A stretch of 64,000 bases of DNA from the human T2T-CHM13v2.0 reference genome, Homo sapiens, in the NCBI RefSeq assembly GCF_009914755.1, contig NC_060936.1; one strand, 5' to 3'. Positions 13,126 through 23,910 of the stretch are shown one piece after another. How positions within the stretch are numbered: position 1 is the first letter of the stretch; every line of letters begins with the position of its first letter. The position numbers were made by a program, and so were the translations under genes. Under the pieces are notes generated by a model. The model did no database searches and had not been told where the DNA came from. It saw only the letters and a list, made by a program, of their open reading frames with translations.

Positions 13126-14029
13126 TTAGGAATACTTACATAGTAGAGTTCAGTCTAACTCAGCTTAATAAGGATTTATATTTTCTTTGACTTTGAAAAA
13201 AAATACTGTCATCACACAAAAAGAATTTTGATTTTATATATTCTTACAAAATTATTAAAACTAAAAAACACAGCTTAAGGATTTTGCTATAACTGTCTTC
13301 TTTATCTTATTTTTTTTTTTGCGCCTTTATCTGGCATTACTTTCTGTTATCTTACTGCATTCTTGCTTTTATGGTGGATTTGTTATAGAAGATTAGGATA
13401 CTGTCAAGAGGGAAGAGGGATGGGGTTGTATACCAAGAAGGAGTAAGAGATATATTACAAACAATCTGTAAACAGTGTCACTTAAAAAAAAGAAAAAAAC
13501 AATTAGAGACACTAGTAACACGCTCACTTACCTATAACTATGAAAACTATCAAAGGAATCTGTTTTGTGTGTGTGTATGTGTGGAGGGGTCTGTCTACAA
13601 ATTGAACACATAACTTTTTGATCAAGTTACAGCAAAGAAAATTTTAAAAATCATGTGACACGAATCAATAATTTGGCTCTGATTTTTGAAATTAAGCTTC
13701 TGTGAACTTAAAATTTCTGTCATTATACGATTGTTATTGTAAACTCAACAGCAGACTGTGAGCTCATGGAGACTAGAATAACAAGATATCTAATGTATGA
13801 CAGATACTTAAAAGATATATTTGTTAAGTGAGTAAAGTTTATTATTGTCACCATTGTTTTACTTATTGATTTTTTAGGTTACATTTTCTTTTCTTCAGTT
13901 GGTTATTTGTCTTTCTATTAAAGATTTTCTATTTGCTTTCTTATCAGAAAAAGTTAAATCATTTTTTAAAAATCTTGTGACTACTTTAAAAAATAAGATT
14001 CTTAGGTCTTTCTTTTAAATTTCTTCTAT

Positions 14030-14160
14030 TTATAATGTCTACCTGGACTGGGAATTCCTTGAGGAAAATGATATATGCCCCATTAATTCTTGCATTTCCA
14101 GCTCCTACCCCAGTATCAGGCATAATCAGCAGCTACCCCATAGCATGGAATGAAATAAAT
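14030..14160 (+). mobile_element. L2 3' end
   Basis: 'ctggactgggaattccttgagga...cttgcatttccagctcctaccccagtatcaggcataatcagc...gaatgaaataaat'. Confidence 0.65.
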
Positions 14161-14309
14161 ATTAAACACACATGTCTTCATTTTCCCAATATTATCCCCT
14201 TGTGTAAACCAATATTATCATTGAGAAGTGATATTGACCAGTGTTACTGGTTTTACAAGGAGTCTAATATAGCTGAGAGTCTAACCCAAAATGTTACAAT
14301 GCTTACAGG

Positions 14310-14535
14310 AAGGACTTTGGACTTAGAAAGGATTTTGGATTAAAATTATTGCTGACAATACAAGCTATTTGACATTGGACAAGTTACCTAAGATTTTTAA
14401 GTTTTAGTTTCTTCAACTGTAAGATAAGGATAATAAAGGCACTGAAGTCATAGGATAGTGACAAACCTCAAATAAGTTAATGCATGTAAAGCTTGCCACA
14501 GACTAATGGCTCAATAAATATTAGTTATTGTTATA
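14310..14535 (+). mobile_element. MIR SINE
   Basis: 'tgacattggacaagttacctaa..agtttcttcaactgtaagataaggataataa..agttaatgcatgtaaagc..gctcaataaatattagttatt'. Confidence 0.85.
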
Positions 14536-14749
14536 ACTCTTTCCTTCCTGTAAAACAGAAACAATGTGCAGAAAAGATTTCACATATGAACTAATTTATA
14601 CACCAGTCATCTTCTTTACACTTTCTCTACCTCATTGATATAATTTCAGCAAAGGATCTTTAGTAACATAATAAATAACTTTATCTCAGCTTCTTTAGAT
14701 TTGATACTATTAATCTCTGCCTTGAAACATGCTAATAGCAATAAGATCA

Positions 14750-15465
14750 AACAAGTTATTGAGCTGCTAATATGAGTTAGCCATTATGTTAAACACTTTG
14801 TATGCATAATCTCAACAAATCCTTATAACATTTTATGAGGTAAGCTCTATTATTATTTCAATTATACAGGTGATAATGTTTATAATTTCTCATAATATCT
14901 TGTGGTTTTCTCTTAGCCTATATCACATTTACATATTAATTTATATCATTTTTATGGTTATCTGTTTAACCTTTGTCTTACCATTAATCTGTAAATTCCA
15001 AAAGGGTAGAAACCACACTCTTTTAGGAAAAATCACTGTATTCCTAGAGACTTGTGTAATTCTCAGTACTTATTAAGAATTCAATACATTTGAGGCTGAG
15101 GCAGAAGGATTGCTCGAGGCCAGGAGTTCAAGATCGGTCTGGGCAACGTAGCAAGAATCCTTCTACTCCCCAGCCTCTGGCCCCATTTTTAAAAGGAAAC
15201 AAAGTTAATTAATTAGCCAGGTGTGGTAGCACACCTGAAGTCACACCTACTAAGAGGTTGAGCAGGAGGATTGCTTGAGCCCAGGAGTTTGAGACCAGCC
15301 TGGGTGATATAACAAGACCCTGTCTTAAAAAAAATAAAGTTTAATAAATTTATGTTGAGCTAATGTATGAAATAAGAATATAGCCAAGATAACAGTACTA
15401 AAGGGATGGCTCGGAGGTTCAAACCCAGGGCTGTCTGACTCCAGAGCCTGTACTCTTTACTATTA
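14750..15465 (-). mobile_element. MIR split by an L2 3' end (14873-15370, +), which itself carries an Alu
   Basis: MIR halves at 14750-14872 and 15380-15465 ('ttcaaacccagggctgtctgactccagagcc'), with L2 tail sequence between them. Confidence 0.7.
15092..15337 (+). mobile_element. Old Alu (AluJ/FLAM-like), 5'-truncated, with an atypical right arm
   Basis: 'gaggctgaggcagaaggattgctcgaggccaggagttcaagat...' followed by a second arm 'ttgagcccaggagtttgagaccagcctggg' and an A tail. Confidence 0.85.
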
Positions 15466-16084
15466 AACTGATTCTCCAGCTTAACACTGGTGGCTTCAGA
15501 TGGATTTGTGCTTTATCTACCTCTCTGGTGAAGGTACTTTACCTGGAAGATGTGCTTACCTCCGTACCTGGCCATTACTTCTCAATATCTTCTGTAGGGC
15601 TTTCTGACACCCTTCTTTCATTGGTGTTTCCCAGGGTCAGGTCTTAGTTTCTGCTCTCTCACTCACCAGGACACCTCTTTGAGATCCCCGGCTTCATTAC
15701 TATCCACATCCTGATGTGGTATCCCCTGTCTATATCTCCAGACTTGGCTTCTCTCTGGGACTCCAGATTTCTATATCTATTTGGTATCTTTATTTAATTC
15801 TTCATTTCGTACTAGCCTATGTATAGTTGCATTATCTTCCCCTGACAATTAGGCTCCATTCCTTGCTCCGTACCTTCATGAATAGTCCCACACAATCCAA
15901 AAGCTTCTTCCCTTTCTTCTTACTAAGACTGTGTCTTCTTCTACCTTCTAAGTGCCACTACCTCAGTTCAGCCACCTGCCATTTATCTCACAGTTTACTA
16001 CTGTATTGCCCTTCCTTCTGTAGACTTCTAAATTTTCTCCCACTACTCATTTTTTCCTCCTGGTTTCACAGCTAATCAATGGGT

Positions 16085-16435
16085 GACTATATGTCCTAGG
16101 CTGTCTTGCAGAGTGTGGCTGGCCATAAGCCTATATTCAATCCAATACTCTGTGAGCAGAAATGTGCATAAATTCTACGTCATCTCTTAAGGGAGAAATC
16201 TACTTTCTCTAGGCCCTCTGTTTCCCCCTATTGCTCAGAAATAGTAAAAAATGCATCAACAGCCACTTAGATCCTGGAAGACTTTGGAAGTCTTGTGGAG
16301 TATGGTTGTCTCCTGCCCTACACAACTACTTTGCTCATAAATTGTTAGGTAAAAGGGAAATACTCTTCTAATTTCCTGTAAAACATTATATTTTAGGGTC
16401 TTTTTATAGAAGCTTAGAGTGTATCCTAAAAACTT
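16085..16435 (+). mobile_element. MLT1 (J/K-type) MaLR LTR fragment
   Basis: 'tgtgagcagaaatgtg..catctcttaaggga..' and a 3' end 'cattatattttagggtctttttatagaagcttagagtgtatcctaa'. Confidence 0.65.
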
Positions 16436-17072
16436 CATAAAATTAGTTTCTCTAACTCCAGTTTTACTCCACTCTATGCCCATAATTTTAAATGAGTATA
16501 CTCATTCTAAAATGCAAATATTGATAGGTCAATTCCTTATTTAAAATTTAGAACTGGCATTTGCTTTGCTGTATTTCCAAATTTTCAAAAATAAACATAT
16601 ATTGGTTTTATAATGATGAGGAAATAAATAAATCCATTAGTGACTCCCTCAAGACTTTAAAATAAAGTTCAAGCTGCTTAGTGGGACTAAAATCCCTTCA
16701 TGTTTTGCATTCTGTCCATTTCTGGAGTCTTAACTTTTGCCACACCCTCACAGGCCTCCTGTCACTGGAGTCCCTGGTTGGTGGCAGGCCCTTGTATACA
16801 TCTGCATCTTTACAACTTCTGCTCTCTCTCTGGATACATTTTCCATGTTTTCTGCTAGACTAATGGCTACTCATCCTTCAAAGCTTAGGTCTAGACTCAG
16901 GTCAGTATTGGATTCTCCGTAATCTCTTTTCTAATGCCTAAGGATCAGTTAAATGTCCCTCATCTGTGTCTTGACAGAATCCTATCAGTATCTTTACTGG
17001 GCACTTCCCACATTAAACTCCATCAATTTCTCAACCAGACTTTGTCTATTCTGCAATAAAAAATGTGCTCTC

Positions 17073-17373
17073 AGCCCAGTGCAGTGGCTCACGCCTGTAA
17101 TCCCTGCACTTTGGGAGGCCAAGGTGGGAAAATCACAAGGTCAAGAGATCGAGATCATCCTGGCCTACATGGTGAAACCTCATCTCTACTAAATTACAAA
17201 AATTAGCTGGGCGTGGTGTCGCACACCTGTAATCCCAGCTACTTGGGAGGCTAAGGCAGGAGAATCATTTCAACCTGGGAGGCAGAGGTTGCAGTGAGCC
17301 GAGATCATGGCACTGCACTCCAGCCTGGCAATAGAGCAAGACTCTGTCTCGAAAAAAAAAAAAAAAAAAAAAA
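17073..17373 (+). mobile_element. AluSc, full length
   Basis: Diagnostics ggtcaagagatcgag and cctggcaa(t)agag; A22 tail; TSD about aaaaaa(t/a)gtgctct. Confidence 0.92.
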
Positions 17374-18402
17374 GTGCTCTTATTTAACCAGGTTCTGTGC
17401 TTTTTATCCTCATATCTATGAATAGTTGGTGGTCAAGTTTTCTTTAATTCAGTGAAGAGAATACACATTTTTTTACCATAATGTTAAAAGTGAGCTTAGT
17501 TCCTTCCTATCAGAATTTCCACATTTTAGTCCATATCGACTCCTTATAAAGTCATAAAATAGTAAGTATATTTAAATTGAAATGGGATATATGATTATCA
17601 TAATTAGAAGCTGATTAGAAATGTATATTTTCTATTGATGTCAGCTTTCCCCAGAGACCTTAAAACTTGCACATCGTGAGACTTTAAGAAGTTTCTGAGG
17701 AATATTATTTTTGATTATTGAAGAGATAATACTTTTACAAAAAATGAAGATTATAGAAAAGTTCACAGTGTTTCATATAACAAATAATCAGTGAATGCTG
17801 AATTAATAAATAAATGAGTGGTTTGTTTTTGGTAAGTGTAGCTTATCAAACATTAAAAGACTAAATATCATTTACAAATATGCTCAAAAGCCAGTGTTTT
17901 GGTCCTTGAACACAAATAAAATTTGCCATTTGCCATATTGTTAAAAAATCTGTTAGTTCTTAGATTTCTTTGGTTAGGAAAGCATTAAAAACTCCTACAA
18001 ATTGGAAAAAGATTGACTTTCTTTTTTAAACTTTCAGATCAAAATTTTATAAGGTTTTTACAAATTATTCATTCTAAAATTTTAGAACATTAATTCTAAA
18101 GGAATTAACCTTCCATTCAGAAATAGCGTGTTGGTAGACTTACATGTAAATTTGTTAGTAAAACTGAAACTGTCCCATTTATGAGCTGGTATTTTACATT
18201 TATTTTTAAAAGTTTATATTTTCCTAGACCCTTTATTTCTTGCCCTAGGCCAGGTTTGCACATAAGGAAGAGTTCATTAAAAGTAAGTTATTTTTGTATG
18301 TTTTACATATATTCATTTGTTAAGCTATTAATACAACCACACTGATACGTTTTCTGCTGCAAATATATTAAGTGTTTACTGATCAAAGAGCAATTGTATA
18401 AC

Positions 18403-18542
18403 CAGAGCCAGTTTCATGGGTGTACAGTCTGCACAAACGATTGGGTGTTTAGAAAGTCTTTCACTTGCTTATGCTTTGCTATTAGTAGGGGCTCTGGATT
18501 TTCATTTTGTACTGGCTTCCACAAATTCTGTAGCCAGCCCTA
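18403..18542 (+). mobile_element. MER91-type hAT (Tip100) MITE
   Basis: Ends 'cagagccagtttcatgggtgt' and 'ttttcattttgtactggcttccacaaattctgtagccagcccta'; 8-bp TSD tgtataac / tgtataat. Confidence 0.85.
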
Positions 18543-20363
18543 TGTATAATTTAAAAAATTATCCTAATTACATTGTCAGGGAGTGCATTGTTAAAATGCC
18601 AATTTCTAAACAGCTACCCATAAACCACAAACCCAGAGTTCTAGCTGTCTGCCAGGCTCTGTTCACCCAGCTTAGCTGTCAGGAGTAGCACACGGGTTAA
18701 AAGAGAAAGATTCTCCTAAGTGTCAATCCCTCCTGCTGGCTCAAGAGAACAAAGCTGGCAGGCAAAGTGAATCAGATAGCGCACTGTGCACGCCCCAGCT
18801 TCAGAATACAGTAAAGCCCATCGGTCTAATTTCAGCTTTTCCAGCCCTGGTAGCATCCCTTTAAGTTTACTAAGTCGGATATACCTGTAAGCAAGCAGTC
18901 TAATGTTTTTGTGATCTTGCTGCTGCGAAAGTATTTAATAATAAGCCTCAGAAGTTGGGAGGTAAGAAGGAAACCTATGATGTCTAATGCCAAGGTGGTG
19001 TTCAATGTGTTGAAAGTTGATTAAATTTCCTTTTAACACCCCTTGAAACTGACATTTTGCTACCGTTTAAATTTTTTTCCCTCCAAACTATTTTTTATAC
19101 CCATGATTTACAGTGATATACAGCAAAGCAGTGGCTATGAATTGGCTCAAAATGATTCTAGGCGTAATGAGCAGGGATTGAAAAAGTCTGCTCATGTTCA
19201 TTTAAGGGAAGGAAAGCTAACTTTATCCTGCAACTGCATGCCAAGGCAGGGTCAAAGATTTCAGACTGCTCGAATAGTACCATCCACATTTTATCGGTTT
19301 GAAGTGATAACCGGGTTCCAGAATCCCATAGATTGATAAAAAGAAAATATATTTAAATAGATTAGTGCATTCTCAGCTATCAGTTGCAAAATTACTTGCT
19401 ATATTCACATGCTTCCATTTTTAAAGTTACATCTGTTTCAATAGAACTAGTCTAAATTTGAAAATTAAGAAATACAGCATATTTCTATATTTTATATCTC
19501 AAGTATCTGATTTTTTAAAGAAAGTTGTTTTCATATGCATATCTATTATAGGAAAATGTGGAAGCTGGACCTGAAACCTTATAAATGATAGTGGTGGAGT
19601 CTTTGTTGACATGTGTAATTAGAGCCTTACAATTATAATGTAAATGCTCAAATAATACAAAGCAGAATGCCGTGTGAATAGAGTAATGCAGTATCTTCTA
19701 TGTAACTGACCATCAACTGTGACCATTACAAAGGTATTTATTTAATTCCAACTGTGTACATTTTTTCCCACATAATTGTTTTATTTTTACATCAATAGTT
19801 AAAAAATAAAAATCCAGCAAGATTTTCTCTCACAGTAAGAAGACTCTAAAATATTAACTACCTATTTCTTTTGCTTTTGAGCCAAGCCCAGCAGTTCAAT
19901 CTTATATAACGTTCAACCCTATTCTACCCAATATATCTCCTTTTTGGAACAGATTATTTTTAAATGGCATTCTGTGTGGGAAGTATAGAAAACTAAAAGA
20001 GGAGAGTATCCATATAAACACTAGAATTTCTTAAAAAATTAGGATAAGTACTAATAAATAAGACTTATTAGTATGTAATAAGAGAAAGCAGGAATGAAAA
20101 TTATTTTATACAGGATAATATCCCTCCAAAATATAGAAGTAGAGTATTGTACAATAATTCCCTATATTAAAACACAGGATGGAATAATGTTAAAAAATCA
20201 CACAAAGCCTATCGTCCACATTAAATTTCCACTTCTTGTCAAGACTCTAGTGCTTAAACAGATCTTAAGAACCTTAGTCTTTGACAGGTGATGGACTAGA
20301 ATAAGGAATAGTAATATAAGAAGATATAGTTGTGGTAGACCTTCATGGACAGTAACAGAATAA

Positions 20364-21035
20364 CAGTGGAAAACCTCTGACCACATAAAAATAAGTAAAT
20401 AAATCCAATATATAATCTTCACAACATTTCTTATCATTGTGTGATAAATGAATATAAATATGAATATAAGCTATAACATGCTTACAACCTTTAATTCCAT
20501 ACTGCAATTTATGTATCTCTGATATTTAATGATTTTCCATTTAATACTATTTAAAAGAGCCTCAAATATTCTTTTTTTCATCTTTATATGTGGCAGCTAC
20601 AAAAAAGAATAATACAAATGGTGACTGGTGACTCATATTATGAGCATCATTGCCATAGGTGACAAGATTTCCAAATATGGTGAATGACTCTTGATAAAAT
20701 TCTAAACTAAACAAATATGTAAAATCTTTCATAGATTTTTATTGTAATACATTTCTGGAAAATTTAGCCTATGGGGAAACTGTGCGCATGTGAAATGGCA
20801 ACAAATTCTAGACTCAGATAATTATAAATAGTTTACTTTCCCTATATGGATTTTTCATGGACTCTTCCAAATTTGTGAAGAATGTGAGACAATACACTTC
20901 ATGTGTGGGACTATTCTACTCATTCAAGGCAAGTAACATGCTGTTCCCCTTCACCAATCTTTGTTGAAAAACCAGGCTTGCAAATTTCCATAATACCTTC
21001 TAGGGGGAGGTACCACCTCTATCATGAAAACTAGG
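20364..21035 (+). mobile_element. MER20B-like hAT-Charlie element, degenerate
   Basis: 20585-21035 is collinear with the element at 60935-62458 (gtggcagcta.aaa, actcttg.taaa.tc.aaac.aaacaa, cttcat.tgtg..gga). The 5' boundary is uncertain. Confidence 0.6.
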
Positions 21036-21057
21036 CTCCATCTATGTGTTTTAGTAA

Positions 21058-21352
21058 TTTTTTTTTCTGAGATGGGGTCTCACTGTGTTGCCCAGGCTGG
21101 AATTTGGCAGCATCATCATGGCTCCCTGCAGCCTTGACCTCCTGGGCTCAGTTGATCCTCCAACCTCAGCCTCCTGGGTACTGAGTCGCCTGGACTACAA
21201 GCACATGACACCATGCCTGGCTAATCAATTTTTTATAGAGATGGAGTATTGCTAGGTCGCCCAGGCTGGTCTCAAATTGCTGGGCTCAAACAATCCTCCC
21301 ACCTCTGACTCCCAAAATGCTGGGATTACATGTATAAGCCACTGTGCCGGCC
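21058..21352 (-). mobile_element. AluJ
   Basis: Antisense Alu with J diagnostics (gcagccttgacctcctgggctca, ctgggctcaaacaatcctcc); short TSD gtaattt. Confidence 0.92.
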
Positions 21353-21549
21353 TTGTAATTTTGTGATAAATAATGTAGCCATATTTTCTAGTTGAGGTAT
21401 TTATATTTAGACTCAAATATGATACCATTTCTATATGAATTAATAGGGCATTTGTTCACTTATAAGAATCCAACTTTACTGCTAATGACTATAAGAAATT
21501 TCAAGGTAGAAATGTTAATAGTAACTTATTAATTCATATAACCTGATAG

Positions 21550-22052
21550 CACTTTAACTGGATAAGCAGTCAGAGAGAGCTGATTCAAGCCTCACTGATG
21601 ATTTTTACCAGTTCTGTGATCTAGTGCCACATGTTTAACCTTTCTAATCTTTCATCACTTTATTTGGAAAGTGAAAATAATGTTGTATTTTACATTTGTT
21701 GTGTTTTATAGAGGCAATGCAATTTTATTTTCCGCTAAGACACGGTCTCACTTTGTCACCCAGGCTAGAGTATAGTGGCACAATCATGGCTCACTGCAGC
21801 CTTGACCTCTCAGACTCAAGTAATCCTTCCACTACAGCCTCCTGGGTAGCTGGGACTATAGGCACACACCATCATGCCTGGCTAATTTTTTGTATATTCT
21901 ATAGAGACGGGGTTTCGCCATGTTACCCAGGCTGATCTTGAACTTCTGGGCTCAAGTGATCCTCCCACCTCGCCCTCTCAAAGTGCTGGGATTACAGCAA
22001 TTTTTAAAAACCCTGCTTAGCAATTAACCAATACATGTTAGCTATTATTGTT
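21550..22052 (+). mobile_element. MIR split by AluJ
   Basis: 'ttaccagttctgtgatctag..tttaacctttctaatct' before the Alu and 'caatacatgttagctattatt' after it. Confidence 0.65.
21723..21997 (-). mobile_element. AluJ, slightly 5'-truncated
   Basis: Antisense AluJ ending at 'gctgggattacag'; TSD gcaatttt. Confidence 0.92.
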
Positions 22053-23103
22053 CTTGGTCTTACAAAAAACAGCTTTGGATTTGGTCTGTATATTTCTTGA
22101 CTTTTGCTTTATATACTAAAAAACAAATATGAGGAGATATTAAACTGTGTTAAAAGCCATGGGATCTATCAAAGTTGGTGACGCAAAAATCAAAGGTAAA
22201 ATGTGCTTTATAATGAATGTGATAAGAAAATGTGTGAGACATAAAGAAGCTATTTTTCTATACAGAAATAATTTTTTAAAATTGTTACAAATTCCACCTA
22301 GCAGAGTATTTCCTTTGCCTTTTAGTGTCATGAAAGCGTTTGATTTACTCAACATAGGCTGAGAGGTGCCACAGTTAAATTCTTTCTGCTTTTGTCTCGA
22401 CACCAAGTAGCAATTGAGCTCAGAGCCACTGGTCGCATGTTTTTCAAGACTGGGTAAGTTGCCTCAGCTTCCTCAAATCTGAGGTAGCATTTTAAAAACA
22501 CTTTTGTTAGATTAAACACATTTTTTTTCTACTTTAAACATCTCAAGCACCTAAATCAAACTTAACCCAAATTATAAGTAAAGATGTAACACACATATAA
22601 TGTATGAATCTATGGTTGTCTTCCCTCTATCTCACAGTATCTGAGGACTTCTTTTACAATAGTCATTTGGAGGGTGAAGTAAGAAAACAAAATACATGTT
22701 CCCAATGAGAGCTGTGACTTAAGCATAGGCCTTCTTTCTCCCCATGGCCCTGTGTGCCCTTAATTCACAGCAAAGTAGTTGAGCTACGGATTGTTCGATA
22801 TTTAAATCTTATGGATTGGTAATACGGTTAGTAATGTATTCTTTTTAACAAAATCTATCACAATAACATTTGTGTATTGTGTCAAGGCTTTTTACCTACA
22901 ATCTCTAAAACTATAGTACGTATTTTAAAAACCTCGTTTTTTAATGTGCCAATACTCCTCATCACCCCACCACTGTATATGATTAGTGATTAGCTGGGGA
23001 ACACTGTAACCTAAATTAACTAATTTCGCCTAATGTTAATTTAATAAAACTGTTTTTACCTAGACAAATTTCTTGGCAGGTTTGGGATTTTACTATAAGT
23101 GGG

Positions 23104-23526
23104 CGATACAGTTTAGATGTTTGAGCTGTCCAAATCTTGTGTTGAAATGTGATCCCCAATGTGAAAGGTGGGGCCTAGTGGGAGGTGTTTGAGTCACAGG
23201 AGTGGATCCCTTAGGAATGGCTTGGTGCCCTCTCCAAGGTAATGAGTTTATGCAAGATCTGGTTGTATAAAAGAGTCCGGACAACCCCCCACCCCCAGCT
23301 GGCACCCTCGACCCCCTTTTTTTCTTGCTCCCTCTCTTGCCACATGACATACCTGCTCCCTCTTTGCCTTCCACCATGATTGGAAGCTTTCAAGCCCTGA
23401 CCTGAAGCAGATTTTGGCAGTATGCTTCTTGTACAGTCTGCAGAACTGTGAGCCAAACTAAACCTCTTTTCTTTATAAATTAGCCAGCCCCAGGTACTTT
23501 ATAGCAATGCAAATTAGGCTAACACA
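23104..23526 (+). mobile_element. MSTB-like MaLR solo LTR
   Basis: Starts 'cgatacagtttagatgttt..aaatcttgtgttgaaatgtgatcccc'; ends 'cctcttttctttataaatta..ctttatagcaatgcaaa..ggctaacaca'. Confidence 0.9.
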
Positions 23527-23734
23527 GAAAATGGGATTATTGAAAGAATCCTGCAGATGGATTTATTAGCCTCTCTTTCTGACCAAGTGAAGTACCTGTT
23601 AGATCAGATTGCAGCTTTGTTCCATCCCCAGTATCACAGTGCCCATGTCAAGGATGTATGCCAGTCTTCAACTTTCTTTTTTTTCAGCCTCTGCTCTTTA
23701 TTCCCCCTACCCCAGACCCCCCAGCCCGATTCTG

Positions 23735-23910
23735 TCCTCCTCCCCCTTAGCTCATTTCACCACCTGGAAACAAACATTACCTTATTTATCTGTTTACTGT
23801 CTGCCTTCAAAAGAACACAACTTCCTTTGGGGCAAGAGTTTTGTTTTTTGATCACTATTCTAACCTGTGCCTGGGAAATAGAACATAATAAACCTTTGTT
23901 GAAGGAATAA
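23735..23910 (+). mobile_element. L2 3' end
   Basis: 'ttatctgtttactgtctgcc..ggggcaagagttttg..tgtgcctggg..aataaacctttgttgaaggaataaa'. Confidence 0.7.

Larger units (their letters stand above)
15560..17450 (+). mobile_element. L2, interrupted by MLT1 and AluSc
   Basis: L2 RT-region signature 'ggtgtttcccagggtcaggtcttag...ggcttcattactatccacatcctgatg...atctatatctccagac...ggactccagat'. L2 3' region resumes at 16450-17070. Confidence 0.7.

Noticed and set aside
22381-22460. Small plus-strand exon ending TGG|GTAAGT (likewise donors at 1578, 11261 and 18962)
   Set aside because: Donor-like motifs occur at similar frequency on both strands of this window, as expected by chance, and there is no other support
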